Shown: positions 10,159 to 20,164 of the stretch, one piece after another
How positions within the stretch are numbered: the stretch's first letter is position 1
Layout of the letters: every line of letters begins with the position of its first letter
Source: Armatimonadota bacterium
GTDB taxonomy: Bacteria > Armatimonadota > UBA5829 > DTLH01
Direction of reading: 5' to 3'
NCBI GenBank assembly: GCA_039679675.1
Contig: JBDKUN010000059.1
Span: 64,001-128,000 of the forward strand
Length of the DNA: 64,000 bases
Notes under the pieces: generated by a model
What the model saw: the letters and a program-made list of their open reading frames with translations, nothing else
Told to the model about the DNA's origin: nothing
The model's database searches: none
Position numbers and translations under genes: made by a program

Positions 10159-10956
10159 ATGATAAGTATGACAGCAACAGATATTGCAGCATATATTGGG
10201 GCTGCAGCATGGCTACCTCCCATCGCCTATGGGATTTACAGATGGTTAACAAAACCTATTGTCCAAATTGCGCCAGAAATGCAATTTGAGCTTGGATTCA
10301 CTAATTTGGGGCCAATATTCAATATTAGGCTTGCATTATCAGCCTCAAAAATGGATACAATCATCGATAGGATTTGGGTAGAACTCCATCACGAAGGTGG
10401 TGATACACATCGTCTTGCTTGGACTGGTATGCGAGAAACATTCAGTGAGATAACTGACTCGGCTGGAAACAAGCAACGGGTAGAGAAAGATCAACCTGCA
10501 ATTGCCTTGAAACTGGCAACTCCTCTATTAACGGAAAAAATTATACGCTTCCAGGACTTGGACTTCCATAGTAGATTAAGGCCAATTTTGGGTGCTCTAA
10601 TAGAACATGAAGCATATCTAAAATCGCAAAATGACGATTATCAACAAATCATAATGGCATCAGCGCAAATGTTTAAATTCCTGGAGTTTTACAGAAGTAG
10701 TTTCTGGTGGAAAACCGGTAAATACATTATCCAGTTTGTAATCGAAAGTAGAGATAATGCCATACTTAAGAAGGAAGCTTTCAGTTTTGAGTTGGAGCAA
10801 TATGATGTCGATGCTCTTCAACAAAACGTAAACCTTGTTAAAGTTAATATTGAGAATGCAGTAAAATCCTCGCAACCAGATTTTGAGCCATACAATGTGT
10901 CTTGGGCGTGGCGGATTATTCCACTAGTGAAGAGTGAAGACTCACAAAGCGCATAA
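10159..10956 (+). CDS. Hypothetical protein with N-terminal membrane anchor (AT-rich)
   Basis: 265 aa ORF, GGAGG RBS; family not recognised. Confidence 0.75.
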   Translation: MISMTATDIAAYIGAAAWLPPIAYGIYRWLTKPIVQIAPEMQFELGFTNLGPIFNIRLALSASKMDTIIDRIWVELHHEGGDTHRLAWTGMRETFSEITDSAGNKQRVEKDQPAIALKLATPLLTEKIIRFQDLDFHSRLRPILGALIEHEAYLKSQNDDYQQIIMASAQMFKFLEFYRSSFWWKTGKYIIQFVIESRDNAILKKEAFSFELEQYDVDALQQNVNLVKVNIENAVKSSQPDFEPYNVSWAWRIIPLVKSEDSQSA

Positions 10957-11107
10957 ATAATCGTGATTTTGGGATCCTTCGGTACGCTTTTTTGCACCTT
11001 TTCGCCGAAGTGGACTTTCTGTATTAGTAATAACTCGTGCTTCTCCATGTGGTCCAGTGGGACCACATGGTATGTAGGACGAACTTGCGTTCCCGAAGTA
11101 TTGGGTT

Positions 11108-11152
11108 CTCGACACCTGCGGTGAATGCTTCGGCAGCAAGCAGTCCGAAGCA
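11108..11152. repeat. Palindromic repeat family B, single arm
   Basis: CTCGACACCT..TGCTTCGGCAGCAAGCAGTCCGAAGCA; matches arms of 35346 and 52994 elements. Confidence 0.75.
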
Positions 11153-11328
11153 AGGTTTCCATTTGCAATATCCGTCAAATCCACGTCTCCGCGTTTCAGA
11201 AACTGACTGTTGACGGCTAATAGCTGATACTATCTCCACCTAAAGACCTCCCAATGCTCCTCCAATAATACTAGTAGTTTCACTTGGAAAATATGGATAT
11301 TATCCAGAGAAAGAATAAGGAGTAGTAT

Positions 11329-12366
11329 ATGGGAATACGATTCAAAGTTGCATTTTACCTTTGCCTGACGATCTTGCTTTCATTGTCATTAACCGGTTGC
11401 GGCGGCGGCAGTTCATCGTCCTCTACTGGTATCGGTGTTGAAGCAGTCGGCACACTGACCAGTGATAGAAGCCGGGCACTGGACCCTGCTATATGCACTC
11501 AATTCAACCCAAACTATCCTGACTGCTACCAAATACCGAGAAGTTATCAGGTCGCGGTGTCGAAGCTGGAACTTCTTAAGGGCGAAAATGATACAACGCC
11601 GTACGTCGTATTCGACAAAGGCGGAGTGGATAATGCTGAGCTCATCGATCTTACTGCCGGAAGCGCATCCCTCGGTGCAAACAATGAATATCCGGCAACC
11701 GGCACATATACACATGTCCGCATGACCCTGGCATATTCTCAGTTTGAGATCAAGATCGATCTCGGCGGTAACAGCACCTATGACTACCGCAAGTTCAGGT
11801 TGTACACAAGCACTGTCGGTAACGTCCATGACGGCGACCTGATCATGCAGGATAACAACGACTGGTGCTGGATGGTCGGCAGTGAAGCAGGTCTTTCTCT
11901 GCCTTCTACAACAGGTGATAGACCGGAACAAGTCGTCGCTCAGACATTCGAGACTTCTCTAGGCAAGATCACCGAAGATAACATCATTCACGATTTCTTC
12001 TTCTCGAAAGATACATCGGACTCTCCTGACCCTTATATCCAGGTCATACAGCTAACTTCGCCTATAGTCGTCCCAGCGAACCCGACAGGCAAGTTCAGCA
12101 TCAATGTGAACTTCGATATCACCAAAAGCCCACTTATTTCTGGCTCCACGGGGACTTTCTTCTGGGATGATGTCCAAAACGATGACCACCCTAGCGGTGA
12201 CGGCATTTTCAGACCCGGCAGAAGCTGGGGACAGACCGATGCAGGCAGCGAGACAGGTACCAGCGGTGATCAGACTCCGCAGCTTGCACCCGCGTATGAT
12301 TCCTTCGGGACTCCGTTCTGGTGTCCGCTCCCGCCCACCGTTTCGGTGAGTCTGCAATCAGACTAG
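11329..12366 (+). CDS. Hypothetical lipoprotein
   Basis: Lipobox LTGC then GGGSSSSS linker; AAGGAG RBS. Confidence 0.8.
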   Translation: MGIRFKVAFYLCLTILLSLSLTGCGGGSSSSSTGIGVEAVGTLTSDRSRALDPAICTQFNPNYPDCYQIPRSYQVAVSKLELLKGENDTTPYVVFDKGGVDNAELIDLTAGSASLGANNEYPATGTYTHVRMTLAYSQFEIKIDLGGNSTYDYRKFRLYTSTVGNVHDGDLIMQDNNDWCWMVGSEAGLSLPSTTGDRPEQVVAQTFETSLGKITEDNIIHDFFFSKDTSDSPDPYIQVIQLTSPIVVPANPTGKFSINVNFDITKSPLISGSTGTFFWDDVQNDDHPSGDGIFRPGRSWGQTDAGSETGTSGDQTPQLAPAYDSFGTPFWCPLPPTVSVSLQSD

Positions 12367-12538
12367 AAGCAATACCTTTTCAAAGATGCGCCGATGCCAA
12401 TTAACCTGCACCGGCGCATCCCATACCCCTCTCCAATGCACCAATTCTTGTTCTCTTCTCCCGATCTGTTGCCTCCACGCTTGACATAGCAGCTTCGCTG
12501 GGGGAAAATAGACTCTGCCATATTATGATTATTGCGAG

Positions 12539-15382
12539 ATGACAAACTATATGACTGATTATCTTAAAAACGCGACAAATATCCACGGCCCTGTTCCATT
12601 CTGGTTTATCAATGGGCACATAACCCAAGATGAAATATCTTCTGAATTCGATGAAATGCGCTCCAAGGGCATGTTTGAAGTAATTGTCCATCCCCGTTAT
12701 GGATTGACTGTAGATTACCTTTCTGAAGACTGGTTCCGTATCTTCGGCTGGTGCGTCGAGGAAGCAAAAGCCAGAGATATGCATCTCTGGATCTATGACG
12801 AGCTGAACTGGCCGAGCGGCACTGCAGGAATGACCGTACAGCTTGCAGACCCGCAGTTTATGGGGAAATATCTGGCCGTTAGCGCAGTCCCTAAGGCCGA
12901 GATCGACCTTGCTGCTTTTGAGCCGGGACAATTTCTGATGGCAGCTAAAATGCAGAGCGGAAGAATCACGAAAACCAAGATGCTCGCTGACCGCCATGCC
13001 ATCAAACTACTGGATGATACATGGCATATCTTCAATTGCCATATCAAGCGGGATAAATATTACATAGACACGCTTTCAAAAGCCGCCGTAGACTTCTTCA
13101 AAGAACGCACCCACGAGGAATATTTCAAACGCTTCGGCGATGAGTTCGGCAAAACGATCCGTGCCGCTTTTACTGACGAGCCGAGCATCTACTGGGTCTC
13201 CGTTGGTTACGACGACTGGAACCTTCCTTACACAGAGAAACTTTTCCAATCTTTTGAGGATAAATACCACTACTCGGCGATAGGTAATATACCTTACCTG
13301 TTCTTCCCAGGTGACGACGCGCCATCATTCAGAGCTGATTTCTGGGAGCATGTAGCTTACCTGTTCAATACCAACTATCACGGTAATCTCGCACAGTGGA
13401 GCAGGGAGCATAATCTCATCTATACCGGGCACAATAACTGTGAAGAGCCGCTCAGGTATCAGATCAGGTTCGAAGGCGATATGTTCGGCACTATGAAGAC
13501 AATGGACATTCCCGGTGTAGACCATCTCCGCAAAGCTACACTCGGCAACTCGTTCATCTCGGTAATCGGGCACAAAATCGCATCCTCCCAAGCACATGCC
13601 GCCGGTAAACCGCGCGTCATGTCTGAATCGTTCGGTATTACAGACTGGGATGTGCATTTCATTGATCTCAAGAAAATCGTCGATTGGCAGTTTGCTCTCG
13701 GCGTGAACCTGCTTGTCCCGCACGCACTTTTCCACACTGTAGCCGGACCAATGAAGAGGGAAAGCCCTCCATCTTTCTTCTTCCAGTCGCCCATGTGGCA
13801 GGATTTCGATGCGTTTTCGGATTATGTAGAACGGCTTTCCCAACTGCTGACCGGCGGCAGGCATATAAGCAAGATACTAATGCTCTACCCGCTGACAGGA
13901 TTGCACGCGTCGTATCAAACGGATAGAAAGACACCGGAGTTCGAGTGTATTGATAACATCCTGAACTCCATTTGTGTTGAGCTGATAAAACACCATCTCG
14001 ATTTCGACCTGGTGGACTTCCCCACCCTTTCAACTGCCGGAATGGAAAACGGCAAGCTAACTCTGGGGGATGAACAATATGATCTTTTGATCGTCCCGTA
14101 TACGCCGTATATGCGTCCTGCCGAGTATCAAGAAATCAGTGACATTGCAAAGCAGGTTGAAACGTATTTCTTCTATCGTTCCGGCGATCCGATGGAAGTA
14201 AACAACCCAAGCACCTCGAACGGCGTCAATTTCGTCACTACAGAAGACCTGCCTGCGTTCGTAATGAGGCTCAGGCACTCTATTGACGACGGCATACACC
14301 TCCTGGGCGATGACAGGGAAGACATTATGCTCCTTCAGCGGCAGAAAGACGGTAAAAACATCGCTTTTATGATCAACAGATGCGAGAATCCGCGCGATAT
14401 TACCGCCAGGTTTACCGGAAACGTCGGACTCAGGCAGATCGAGCTGGAGACAGGGGTGTCCAGGACTATAGACAGCAGCTTCGTGGACGGCAAGACCGAG
14501 GCTTCGCTTCACTTTGGCCCATACCAATCATTTGTAATCACCGAGGAGGAGCCGTCTAGCCTTCAGAAAGAAGCTAAGTTGACCAAAGCATCAGAGATCA
14601 CACTGGATAAGCTCGCGTTTGAAACCAGCGAGAACGTCGCACTAATCTTTGATTTCGATTATATCCCTTCCGGGCACAGGATCGACGTCCGCAGGAACGC
14701 TAGGTGCATTCCAGTCAATTGGGTGACACCTCCTGATCCCACACGATTTGCCGGTGAATACGCCACAAGCTTTAACGTCGAAGGCGACCCTGGTGAAGTC
14801 CGATTTGTGCTCGATATCGACTACGCAGTATGCCAGGTGTACGTAAACGATGCCGAAGTGACGCTCTATCCGACACAGAAGTGGATGACTGACCCGTCAG
14901 ACCTGTCGGCAAATATCACTTCTCTCATCAAAGAGGGATTGAACACCGTCCGAGTCATCTCCCCCACCCAACTCTCGGAGCCGGTCAGGATGGTCGGGGA
15001 TTTCGATGTGTTTTTAGGCGATTCGCTTACAATAAAACCGAAAGAAGCACGTGACTCGTTCCATCTGGAAGAAAGAATGCCTTTTTACTCCGGAACAGTC
15101 GTTTACACAACGGATTTCGAGCTAAAAGAGCACAACGGCAAAGTTGAGCTTTACCTGGAAGATGTCGCAGATTCTGCAACTGTCTATGTAAACGGTGAAT
15201 GTGCAGGAAAACGACTCTGGGCTGGATATACCTTCGACATTACGAAGTTCGTAAAGTCTGGAAACAACCAACTTAAGATCGAGACACGCGGCAATCTGGC
15301 AAACACCATGATGGGCAGACGTCAACCCCAACCGTTCGGGTTGAGAGTGCAGCCGAAGGTGGTTCTGTGGGATATTGAGTAG
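12539..15382 (+). CDS. Glycoside hydrolase, GH106 (alpha-L-rhamnosidase)-like, with C-terminal sugar-binding domain
   Basis: PFWFING, HPRYGL, YDELNWPSG, FTDEP, DIPGVD, SESFG motifs. Confidence 0.8.
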   Translation: MTNYMTDYLKNATNIHGPVPFWFINGHITQDEISSEFDEMRSKGMFEVIVHPRYGLTVDYLSEDWFRIFGWCVEEAKARDMHLWIYDELNWPSGTAGMTVQLADPQFMGKYLAVSAVPKAEIDLAAFEPGQFLMAAKMQSGRITKTKMLADRHAIKLLDDTWHIFNCHIKRDKYYIDTLSKAAVDFFKERTHEEYFKRFGDEFGKTIRAAFTDEPSIYWVSVGYDDWNLPYTEKLFQSFEDKYHYSAIGNIPYLFFPGDDAPSFRADFWEHVAYLFNTNYHGNLAQWSREHNLIYTGHNNCEEPLRYQIRFEGDMFGTMKTMDIPGVDHLRKATLGNSFISVIGHKIASSQAHAAGKPRVMSESFGITDWDVHFIDLKKIVDWQFALGVNLLVPHALFHTVAGPMKRESPPSFFFQSPMWQDFDAFSDYVERLSQLLTGGRHISKILMLYPLTGLHASYQTDRKTPEFECIDNILNSICVELIKHHLDFDLVDFPTLSTAGMENGKLTLGDEQYDLLIVPYTPYMRPAEYQEISDIAKQVETYFFYRSGDPMEVNNPSTSNGVNFVTTEDLPAFVMRLRHSIDDGIHLLGDDREDIMLLQRQKDGKNIAFMINRCENPRDITARFTGNVGLRQIELETGVSRTIDSSFVDGKTEASLHFGPYQSFVITEEEPSSLQKEAKLTKASEITLDKLAFETSENVALIFDFDYIPSGHRIDVRRNARCIPVNWVTPPDPTRFAGEYATSFNVEGDPGEVRFVLDIDYAVCQVYVNDAEVTLYPTQKWMTDPSDLSANITSLIKEGLNTVRVISPTQLSEPVRMVGDFDVFLGDSLTIKPKEARDSFHLEERMPFYSGTVVYTTDFELKEHNGKVELYLEDVADSATVYVNGECAGKRLWAGYTFDITKFVKSGNNQLKIETRGNLANTMMGRRQPQPFGLRVQPKVVLWDIE

Positions 15383-15383
15383 T

Positions 15384-15494
15384 TGAACCGCGGAGACGCG
15401 GAGGGTGGAGATTTACAGCATTTGCTTTTATGCTACGAGTCTCCACCAATCTCCTTTCGCGTCTTTCGCGCTCCTTCGCGTAATTCGCGATTCA
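15384..15494. repeat. MITE-like element family D, copy 1 (111 bp)
   Basis: Ends TGAACCGCG..CGCGATTCA (8/9 inverted repeat); same ends at 52938..53150. Confidence 0.7.
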
Positions 15495-15499
15495 GAAAA

Positions 15500-15529
15500 T
15501 AAAAAAGCCGGGACTCTGCACCCCGGCTG
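15500..15529 (-). terminator. Rho-independent terminator of the lipoprotein gene
   Basis: AGCCGGG/CCCGGCT stem with a T-run on the minus strand. Confidence 0.65.
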
Positions 15530-15535
15530 AAGCCA

Positions 15536-15955
15536 TTATTTTATCTTGTCATATACTTTATCGTAATCAGGTGAATTTGTTAAGTGGGTCTCTTCTCTTG
15601 ACCCGTACGGCCAAAGCGAATATAACTCTTTTGGAACTCTGAGAGGTGAAGGCGCATGAAATTGATCTAGTTCCAGTATATTCCTAAACTCTACTTGAAA
15701 CTGACTAGTCCCCTGCTCAAGAGTTCTCCACCTACCTCTCAACACTACCGTCTTACCATTATACGGCACATATGTCTGCACAAAAGTCCTATCACTCTTT
15801 AACTCGATAGTCTCTGTTCCGTAATCAAGAGTGATCTTGTATTTACCATACAAGTCGGATTCTTTCAGGTCTTTTGCACCATTGCTACATCCTGTCAAAA
15901 ACGTGCATAGGATGGATACCACTACAAACCACCCCAAAAGGTATTTTCGTATCAC
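15536..15955 (-). CDS. Small hypothetical lipoprotein
   Basis: Lipobox LTGC, GAGG RBS, AT-rich. Confidence 0.75.
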   Translation of the reverse strand: MIRKYLLGWFVVVSILCTFLTGCSNGAKDLKESDLYGKYKITLDYGTETIELKSDRTFVQTYVPYNGKTVVLRGRWRTLEQGTSQFQVEFRNILELDQFHAPSPLRVPKELYSLWPYGSREETHLTNSPDYDKVYDKIK

Positions 15956-16073
15956 TTTATCCTCTTTTCGCCGTATGTGAGCAGATTCTATTGTATCGGG
16001 CTCAATACCAGCCTAACTCCGAAGGGTAGATTTCGGGACGATGGCGTCCCGAAATAACAGCAGTTCGATGTAA

Positions 16074-16111
16074 AACCCCCTCATTCCGACCTCTCCCGCA
16101 AGGGGAGAAGG
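16074..16111. repeat. REP-like hairpin (single copy in window)
   Basis: CCCTCATTCCGACCTCTCCC-GCAA-GGGGAGAAGG. Confidence 0.45.
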
Positions 16112-16122
16112 AGCAGTCGCCT

Positions 16123-16204
16123 ATGCTTCGGGACCGCAGTCCGTCCCGAAGCATGACATCCACCAATCCCTTTTTCGATTCTTCGCGTAATTCGCGATTC
16201 AGAA
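16123..16204. repeat. Family A copy 3 joined to a family D right end
   Basis: ATGCTTCGGGAC..GTCCCGAAGCATG then CTTCGCGTAATTCGCGATTCAGAA, identical to 15474..15497. Confidence 0.8.
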
Positions 16205-16213
16205 GCCCAAGCT

Positions 16214-17518
16214 CTACCTTGTCGCTACGCTCAAGCCTGAGAACAGGATGTGCGGTATCCATCTTCCGCCGGACTGCCTGTGGCTTATGTTTTCGATTGT
16301 GCCGATGTTCTTTAACCCCTCAAAAACATTGCCTGCAACCATGACATCCTTGACCCGTCCGACCAGTTCTCCGTTCTCGATCTTCAGTCCGTAGTGGACA
16401 TTACCGGAGAAATCGCCGCCTCTGGCATTTCCTGCCCATGCGCCGAGCGTCTGGTCTACCAGAAGGCCGTACTCTACACCTTTTATCATATCTTCAAGCG
16501 AAGTATCGCCTGCCTGGATTACCATGCCATTATATCCTGGGTTCGGCAGACTGCCGAGGCCTCTCTGGCCGTTTCCTGTCGGTTTTGCGCCTGCTTTCGC
16601 GGCTGTAGCAAGGTCATAGATAAAGTTCTTCACAACACCGTTCTCTACAAGCGGCATGCGGGTCGTCGGAAGCCCCTCGTCATCGAACGGACGGGAAGCG
16701 GCCGAGTAATCGATGATACCGTCGTCGTAAATCGAGATGCGCGGGTCCATTGCCTGTTTTCCGAGCTTGTCGGAGACAGGAGTCACACCCTGCAGCACCT
16801 CTTTGCCGCTGAACGCTATGGCAAACGGCAGGCTGAGTGTCATCTCAAACCCTTTCGGCGTAAAGATAACCGGCATGGTGCGCGTGTCTATCGGAACGAT
16901 ATTTTTGCCGCGAGCCGCTTTCTCTTTGATCGCGTTTATAACCTCGGCGATTTCGAACTTGCTTCTGGAATCGAGACCATCCCATATCTGGAGCATATCC
17001 GTTCCCTGAATAAGCTCCAGGCTTGCTCCAATTCCAAAATAAGTGTCCTTGCTTTCGACATCAAGCCCTTTTGTGTTGACCAGCCTGTGTGTGCCATAGG
17101 CTTTTTCTACCCCTACGGCAACCTGAGCATCTGGTTCAGCCTGTCTGATGCCGTCAAGCACCGCCTGGCCTATCTCGACCAATTGCTCGACCGAGACCTT
17201 TGCGACTTCCTCATCGTAAACTTTTACCGAAGGAAGTTCTGCAGGCTGAGATGGAAGCTCGAAATTGGCTTCCTGCCCGAACTGAGCCGTCTCGACCGCA
17301 TGCTGGACCAGATCAGCTGCGCCGTCCGGCTTGGTAGTCGAGGAAAACCCTATTTTTCCGTCTTTCACTATCCTGAGTGCATAACCCTTCACTGAACGGG
17401 TGGATGCCGATTTCAGCTTGTTGTTTTCGAACTCTACCGGGGTCTCTTCACTCACGACCTCGAATACTTCCGCATCCTGCGCAACACGCGCGGCCATCTC
17501 AAGAATCTTGTCTATCAT
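16214..17518 (-). CDS. pmbA: TldD/PmbA family protein (PmbA/TldE-type subunit)
   Basis: FDDEG, TGNG.RG, GDFSG; lacks HExxxH. Confidence 0.88.
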   Translation of the reverse strand: MIDKILEMAARVAQDAEVFEVVSEETPVEFENNKLKSASTRSVKGYALRIVKDGKIGFSSTTKPDGAADLVQHAVETAQFGQEANFELPSQPAELPSVKVYDEEVAKVSVEQLVEIGQAVLDGIRQAEPDAQVAVGVEKAYGTHRLVNTKGLDVESKDTYFGIGASLELIQGTDMLQIWDGLDSRSKFEIAEVINAIKEKAARGKNIVPIDTRTMPVIFTPKGFEMTLSLPFAIAFSGKEVLQGVTPVSDKLGKQAMDPRISIYDDGIIDYSAASRPFDDEGLPTTRMPLVENGVVKNFIYDLATAAKAGAKPTGNGQRGLGSLPNPGYNGMVIQAGDTSLEDMIKGVEYGLLVDQTLGAWAGNARGGDFSGNVHYGLKIENGELVGRVKDVMVAGNVFEGLKNIGTIENISHRQSGGRWIPHILFSGLSVATR

Positions 17519-17519
17519 C

Positions 17520-18887
17520 TTACTTTCCTCCCACCACGCAGTTGCGGATTCTGAAGTGCGGTCCGGCGAATCCTACGGGAAGCGGAGACTGCCCGCCTTT
17601 GCCGCATCCGCCGCCTTTCTTCGGCCATACAATGTCGTTGCCGATGGCATCGATGTTCTCTAGCGTCGTAAAGACGTTACCTGTCAGGTTTACGCCCCTC
17701 ACCCGCTCGGCTATCTTGCCTTTTCGAATCATGAACGCTTCTCTTGCCGAGAAGGTAAACATTTCGCCGGAAGTCTGCCCACCGAGGCTGTCTATAACGT
17801 AAAGCCCCTCGTCCACATCCGAGAGTATATCTTCCATCGTAACATCCTTTGACGGAGCGACGTAGGTATTCGTCATCCTGACTATAGGCGGGAAGGTATA
17901 ATTCAAGGCACGTGCGTTGCCTGTAGGCTCTTCGCCCATTTTTGCTGCGCTCTCGCGCGAATGGAGCCGCCCGACCAGAACACCTTCTTTTACGAGGTAT
18001 GTCGGCTTTTTCAGCACGCCTTCATTGTCATACTTGATAGTTCCGCCGCTGCCTGGAATATCAGCACCGTCAAGAATATTCAGGTGCTTGCCACCGAACC
18101 GTCTGCCGAGCACCATCAGGTCTCTCATCTGCTGATTTTCAGCCATATCGTCAGCTTCAGAAAGGTGCCCGAAAGCTTCATGCGCGAATATTCCGGCAAG
18201 GCTTGGATCGACTATGACTGTATAGCTTCCACCATTGATTCTGGGGGCGGAAAGCATCTCTATCGCAGCTTCTCCCATCTTCTTCACATCGCTGTGCCGG
18301 TCTTCGAACACTCCATAGTCCTGCGTAGAGGAAACGCTCGAAGTATTCTGCTGAATGTCGTCTCCCATCCTCGCGACGGCCTGGGTTGATCCAACCACAT
18401 AGACGCGCTCACTATCAATCCAGGTTCCATCAGTGTTAGCGTAGTAAATCTTGTTCCATGTGTCGCTGTAATTGACGAAACAGGTCTGAATTTTATCGCC
18501 AAGCGAGAGTATTACCTCTGCATACTCCTCTACAAGCTTCTTTTTGTCGGATAGAGAGACTGTCCTTGGGTCTTTTATTATCGCAGGCCGGACTTCATCC
18601 ACAACAGGCTCCACCGGGGCCAACTGGGTCTTGTCTTTGCCGACGAGCTTTGCCTGCAGAACGGCAAGTTTGACCTTGTCCTTCAGATTGTCCAGTGTGT
18701 TGAAGGAAACGAACCCCCATCCTCCGTTCACAGCTGCTCTTACGTTGCCGCCGAAACCGGAAAGCCGACTTATGGAGTCCAGGTCTCGCCCACGGTATGA
18801 CACCGCTGTGCGATCCGACTCTTCCACCCGGATTTCCACATAATCAGCGCCGTGATCTTTCAACGCATCATTTATTAAGTTTCTCAT
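17520..18887 (-). CDS. tldD: TldD metalloprotease
   Basis: HEAFGHLSEAD, PIVRMTNT, GCGKGGQ. Confidence 0.93.
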   Translation of the reverse strand: MRNLINDALKDHGADYVEIRVEESDRTAVSYRGRDLDSISRLSGFGGNVRAAVNGGWGFVSFNTLDNLKDKVKLAVLQAKLVGKDKTQLAPVEPVVDEVRPAIIKDPRTVSLSDKKKLVEEYAEVILSLGDKIQTCFVNYSDTWNKIYYANTDGTWIDSERVYVVGSTQAVARMGDDIQQNTSSVSSTQDYGVFEDRHSDVKKMGEAAIEMLSAPRINGGSYTVIVDPSLAGIFAHEAFGHLSEADDMAENQQMRDLMVLGRRFGGKHLNILDGADIPGSGGTIKYDNEGVLKKPTYLVKEGVLVGRLHSRESAAKMGEEPTGNARALNYTFPPIVRMTNTYVAPSKDVTMEDILSDVDEGLYVIDSLGGQTSGEMFTFSAREAFMIRKGKIAERVRGVNLTGNVFTTLENIDAIGNDIVWPKKGGGCGKGGQSPLPVGFAGPHFRIRNCVVGGK

Positions 18888-18933
18888 TACCTCACCTTAT
18901 ATTGAGATTTTGTACAACAACTGCCTAAATTCT

Positions 18934-20007
18934 TTAACGCACTACTACAATATCCTTGGCTGACTTCGTAAGCACCTCTACATCGGAATCAGTCACGGCG
19001 ATATCGTCCTCTATCCTTACACCGCCCCAGTCTTCAACGTATATTCCAGGCTCGACGGTGATTATCATACCCGGCTCAAGCACAATACTGCTCCTCTGGC
19101 TAAATCCATCACCGTCATGCACCGTTAGCCCTATGCTGTGCCCCAACCCATGCCCGAAGTAATCGCCGTAGCCTTCAGATTTTATGTGTTCTCTGGCAAC
19201 GGTATCTATCTCGCTGCCCTTCATACCAGGCTTAATTGCAGATATTGCAGCCAATTGAGCATCTAGAACGACGTTATATACCTCTCTCTGGCGCTCGTCC
19301 GGCTCTCCCATAAAGATTGTGCGGGTCAGATCGGAACAATAACCATCTACTTGCGCACCGAAGTCCATCTTGAGCATCTGCCCTTCTTTCAAGACATCGT
19401 CGGTAGGTTGATGATGAGGACACGCAGCATTCGGGCCAGCCGCCACTATCGTATCGAACGACTGCTTCTCTGCGCCGAGCTTCCGCATATATGTGTCTAT
19501 CTCAAGCGCTATCTCCCGTTCCGTCACCCCCGGTTTGACCCATGAGACGATATGCGCAAAACACTTGTCTGCGACAACTACAGCGCGCTTTATAGTATCT
19601 ATCTCGCATGAGTCCTTCACCATTCTAAGCTTCTCGACCATTCCTTTTACGCCGATAAGCCTGGTGTTCTTAGACACCAGCCGCCGAATCCTCTGATGTG
19701 TGCTGTATGTGACACAGTTCGGCTCGAACCCAAGTTTTGCAGGAGCTACTTCGTTCAGAATCTCTGCCGCAGCCTCTAGTGTGCCGCCGGAATAAAGGGT
19801 CACATCGAAATCGGGGCATTCGGCTGACGCTTGAAGAACATATCTGGAATCAACAAGGATAATCGCCTGATCATCAGTGATAATGACAGTCGCGGTGCTT
19901 CCGGTAAACCCGCTTATGTATCGGATATTGACGAGATTCGTTATTAGCATGGCGTCCACACGCCGTTTGCCCATCTCTTCTCTTATCCGCTCTAGTCGAT
20001 TGCTCAT
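18934..20007 (-). CDS. Xaa-Pro aminopeptidase (M24)
   Basis: DFGA..YCSDLTRT, HGLGHSIG..VH, EPGIY, GVRIEDD. Confidence 0.95.
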   Translation of the reverse strand: MSNRLERIREEMGKRRVDAMLITNLVNIRYISGFTGSTATVIITDDQAIILVDSRYVLQASAECPDFDVTLYSGGTLEAAAEILNEVAPAKLGFEPNCVTYSTHQRIRRLVSKNTRLIGVKGMVEKLRMVKDSCEIDTIKRAVVVADKCFAHIVSWVKPGVTEREIALEIDTYMRKLGAEKQSFDTIVAAGPNAACPHHQPTDDVLKEGQMLKMDFGAQVDGYCSDLTRTIFMGEPDERQREVYNVVLDAQLAAISAIKPGMKGSEIDTVAREHIKSEGYGDYFGHGLGHSIGLTVHDGDGFSQRSSIVLEPGMIITVEPGIYVEDWGGVRIEDDIAVTDSDVEVLTKSAKDIVVVR

Positions 20008-20084
20008 AATTTTCTCCTTACAGCTTTTCTTTTATCACGAAATGGAGAAATGAAGAAAGGTAATTGAATGCGGATGTCGATAAA

Positions 20085-20113
20085 AAAGCGGCGTCAAGCC
20101 GCCGCACTCCAAA
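20085..20113. repeat. REP-like palindrome (single copy in window)
   Basis: AAAGCGGCGTCAAGCCGCCGCACTCCAAA in the intergenic gap. Confidence 0.45.
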
Positions 20114-20164
20114 GCAGTTCATCCTACTATCCCTTCAGTCTCTCCTTCGCGACTAAATCTGAAT

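Noticed and set aside
16394..17395. Long antisense ORFs (also 42134..43075 and 48279..49250)
   Set aside because: Opposite-strand shadows of well-supported genes, with no recognisable motifs.
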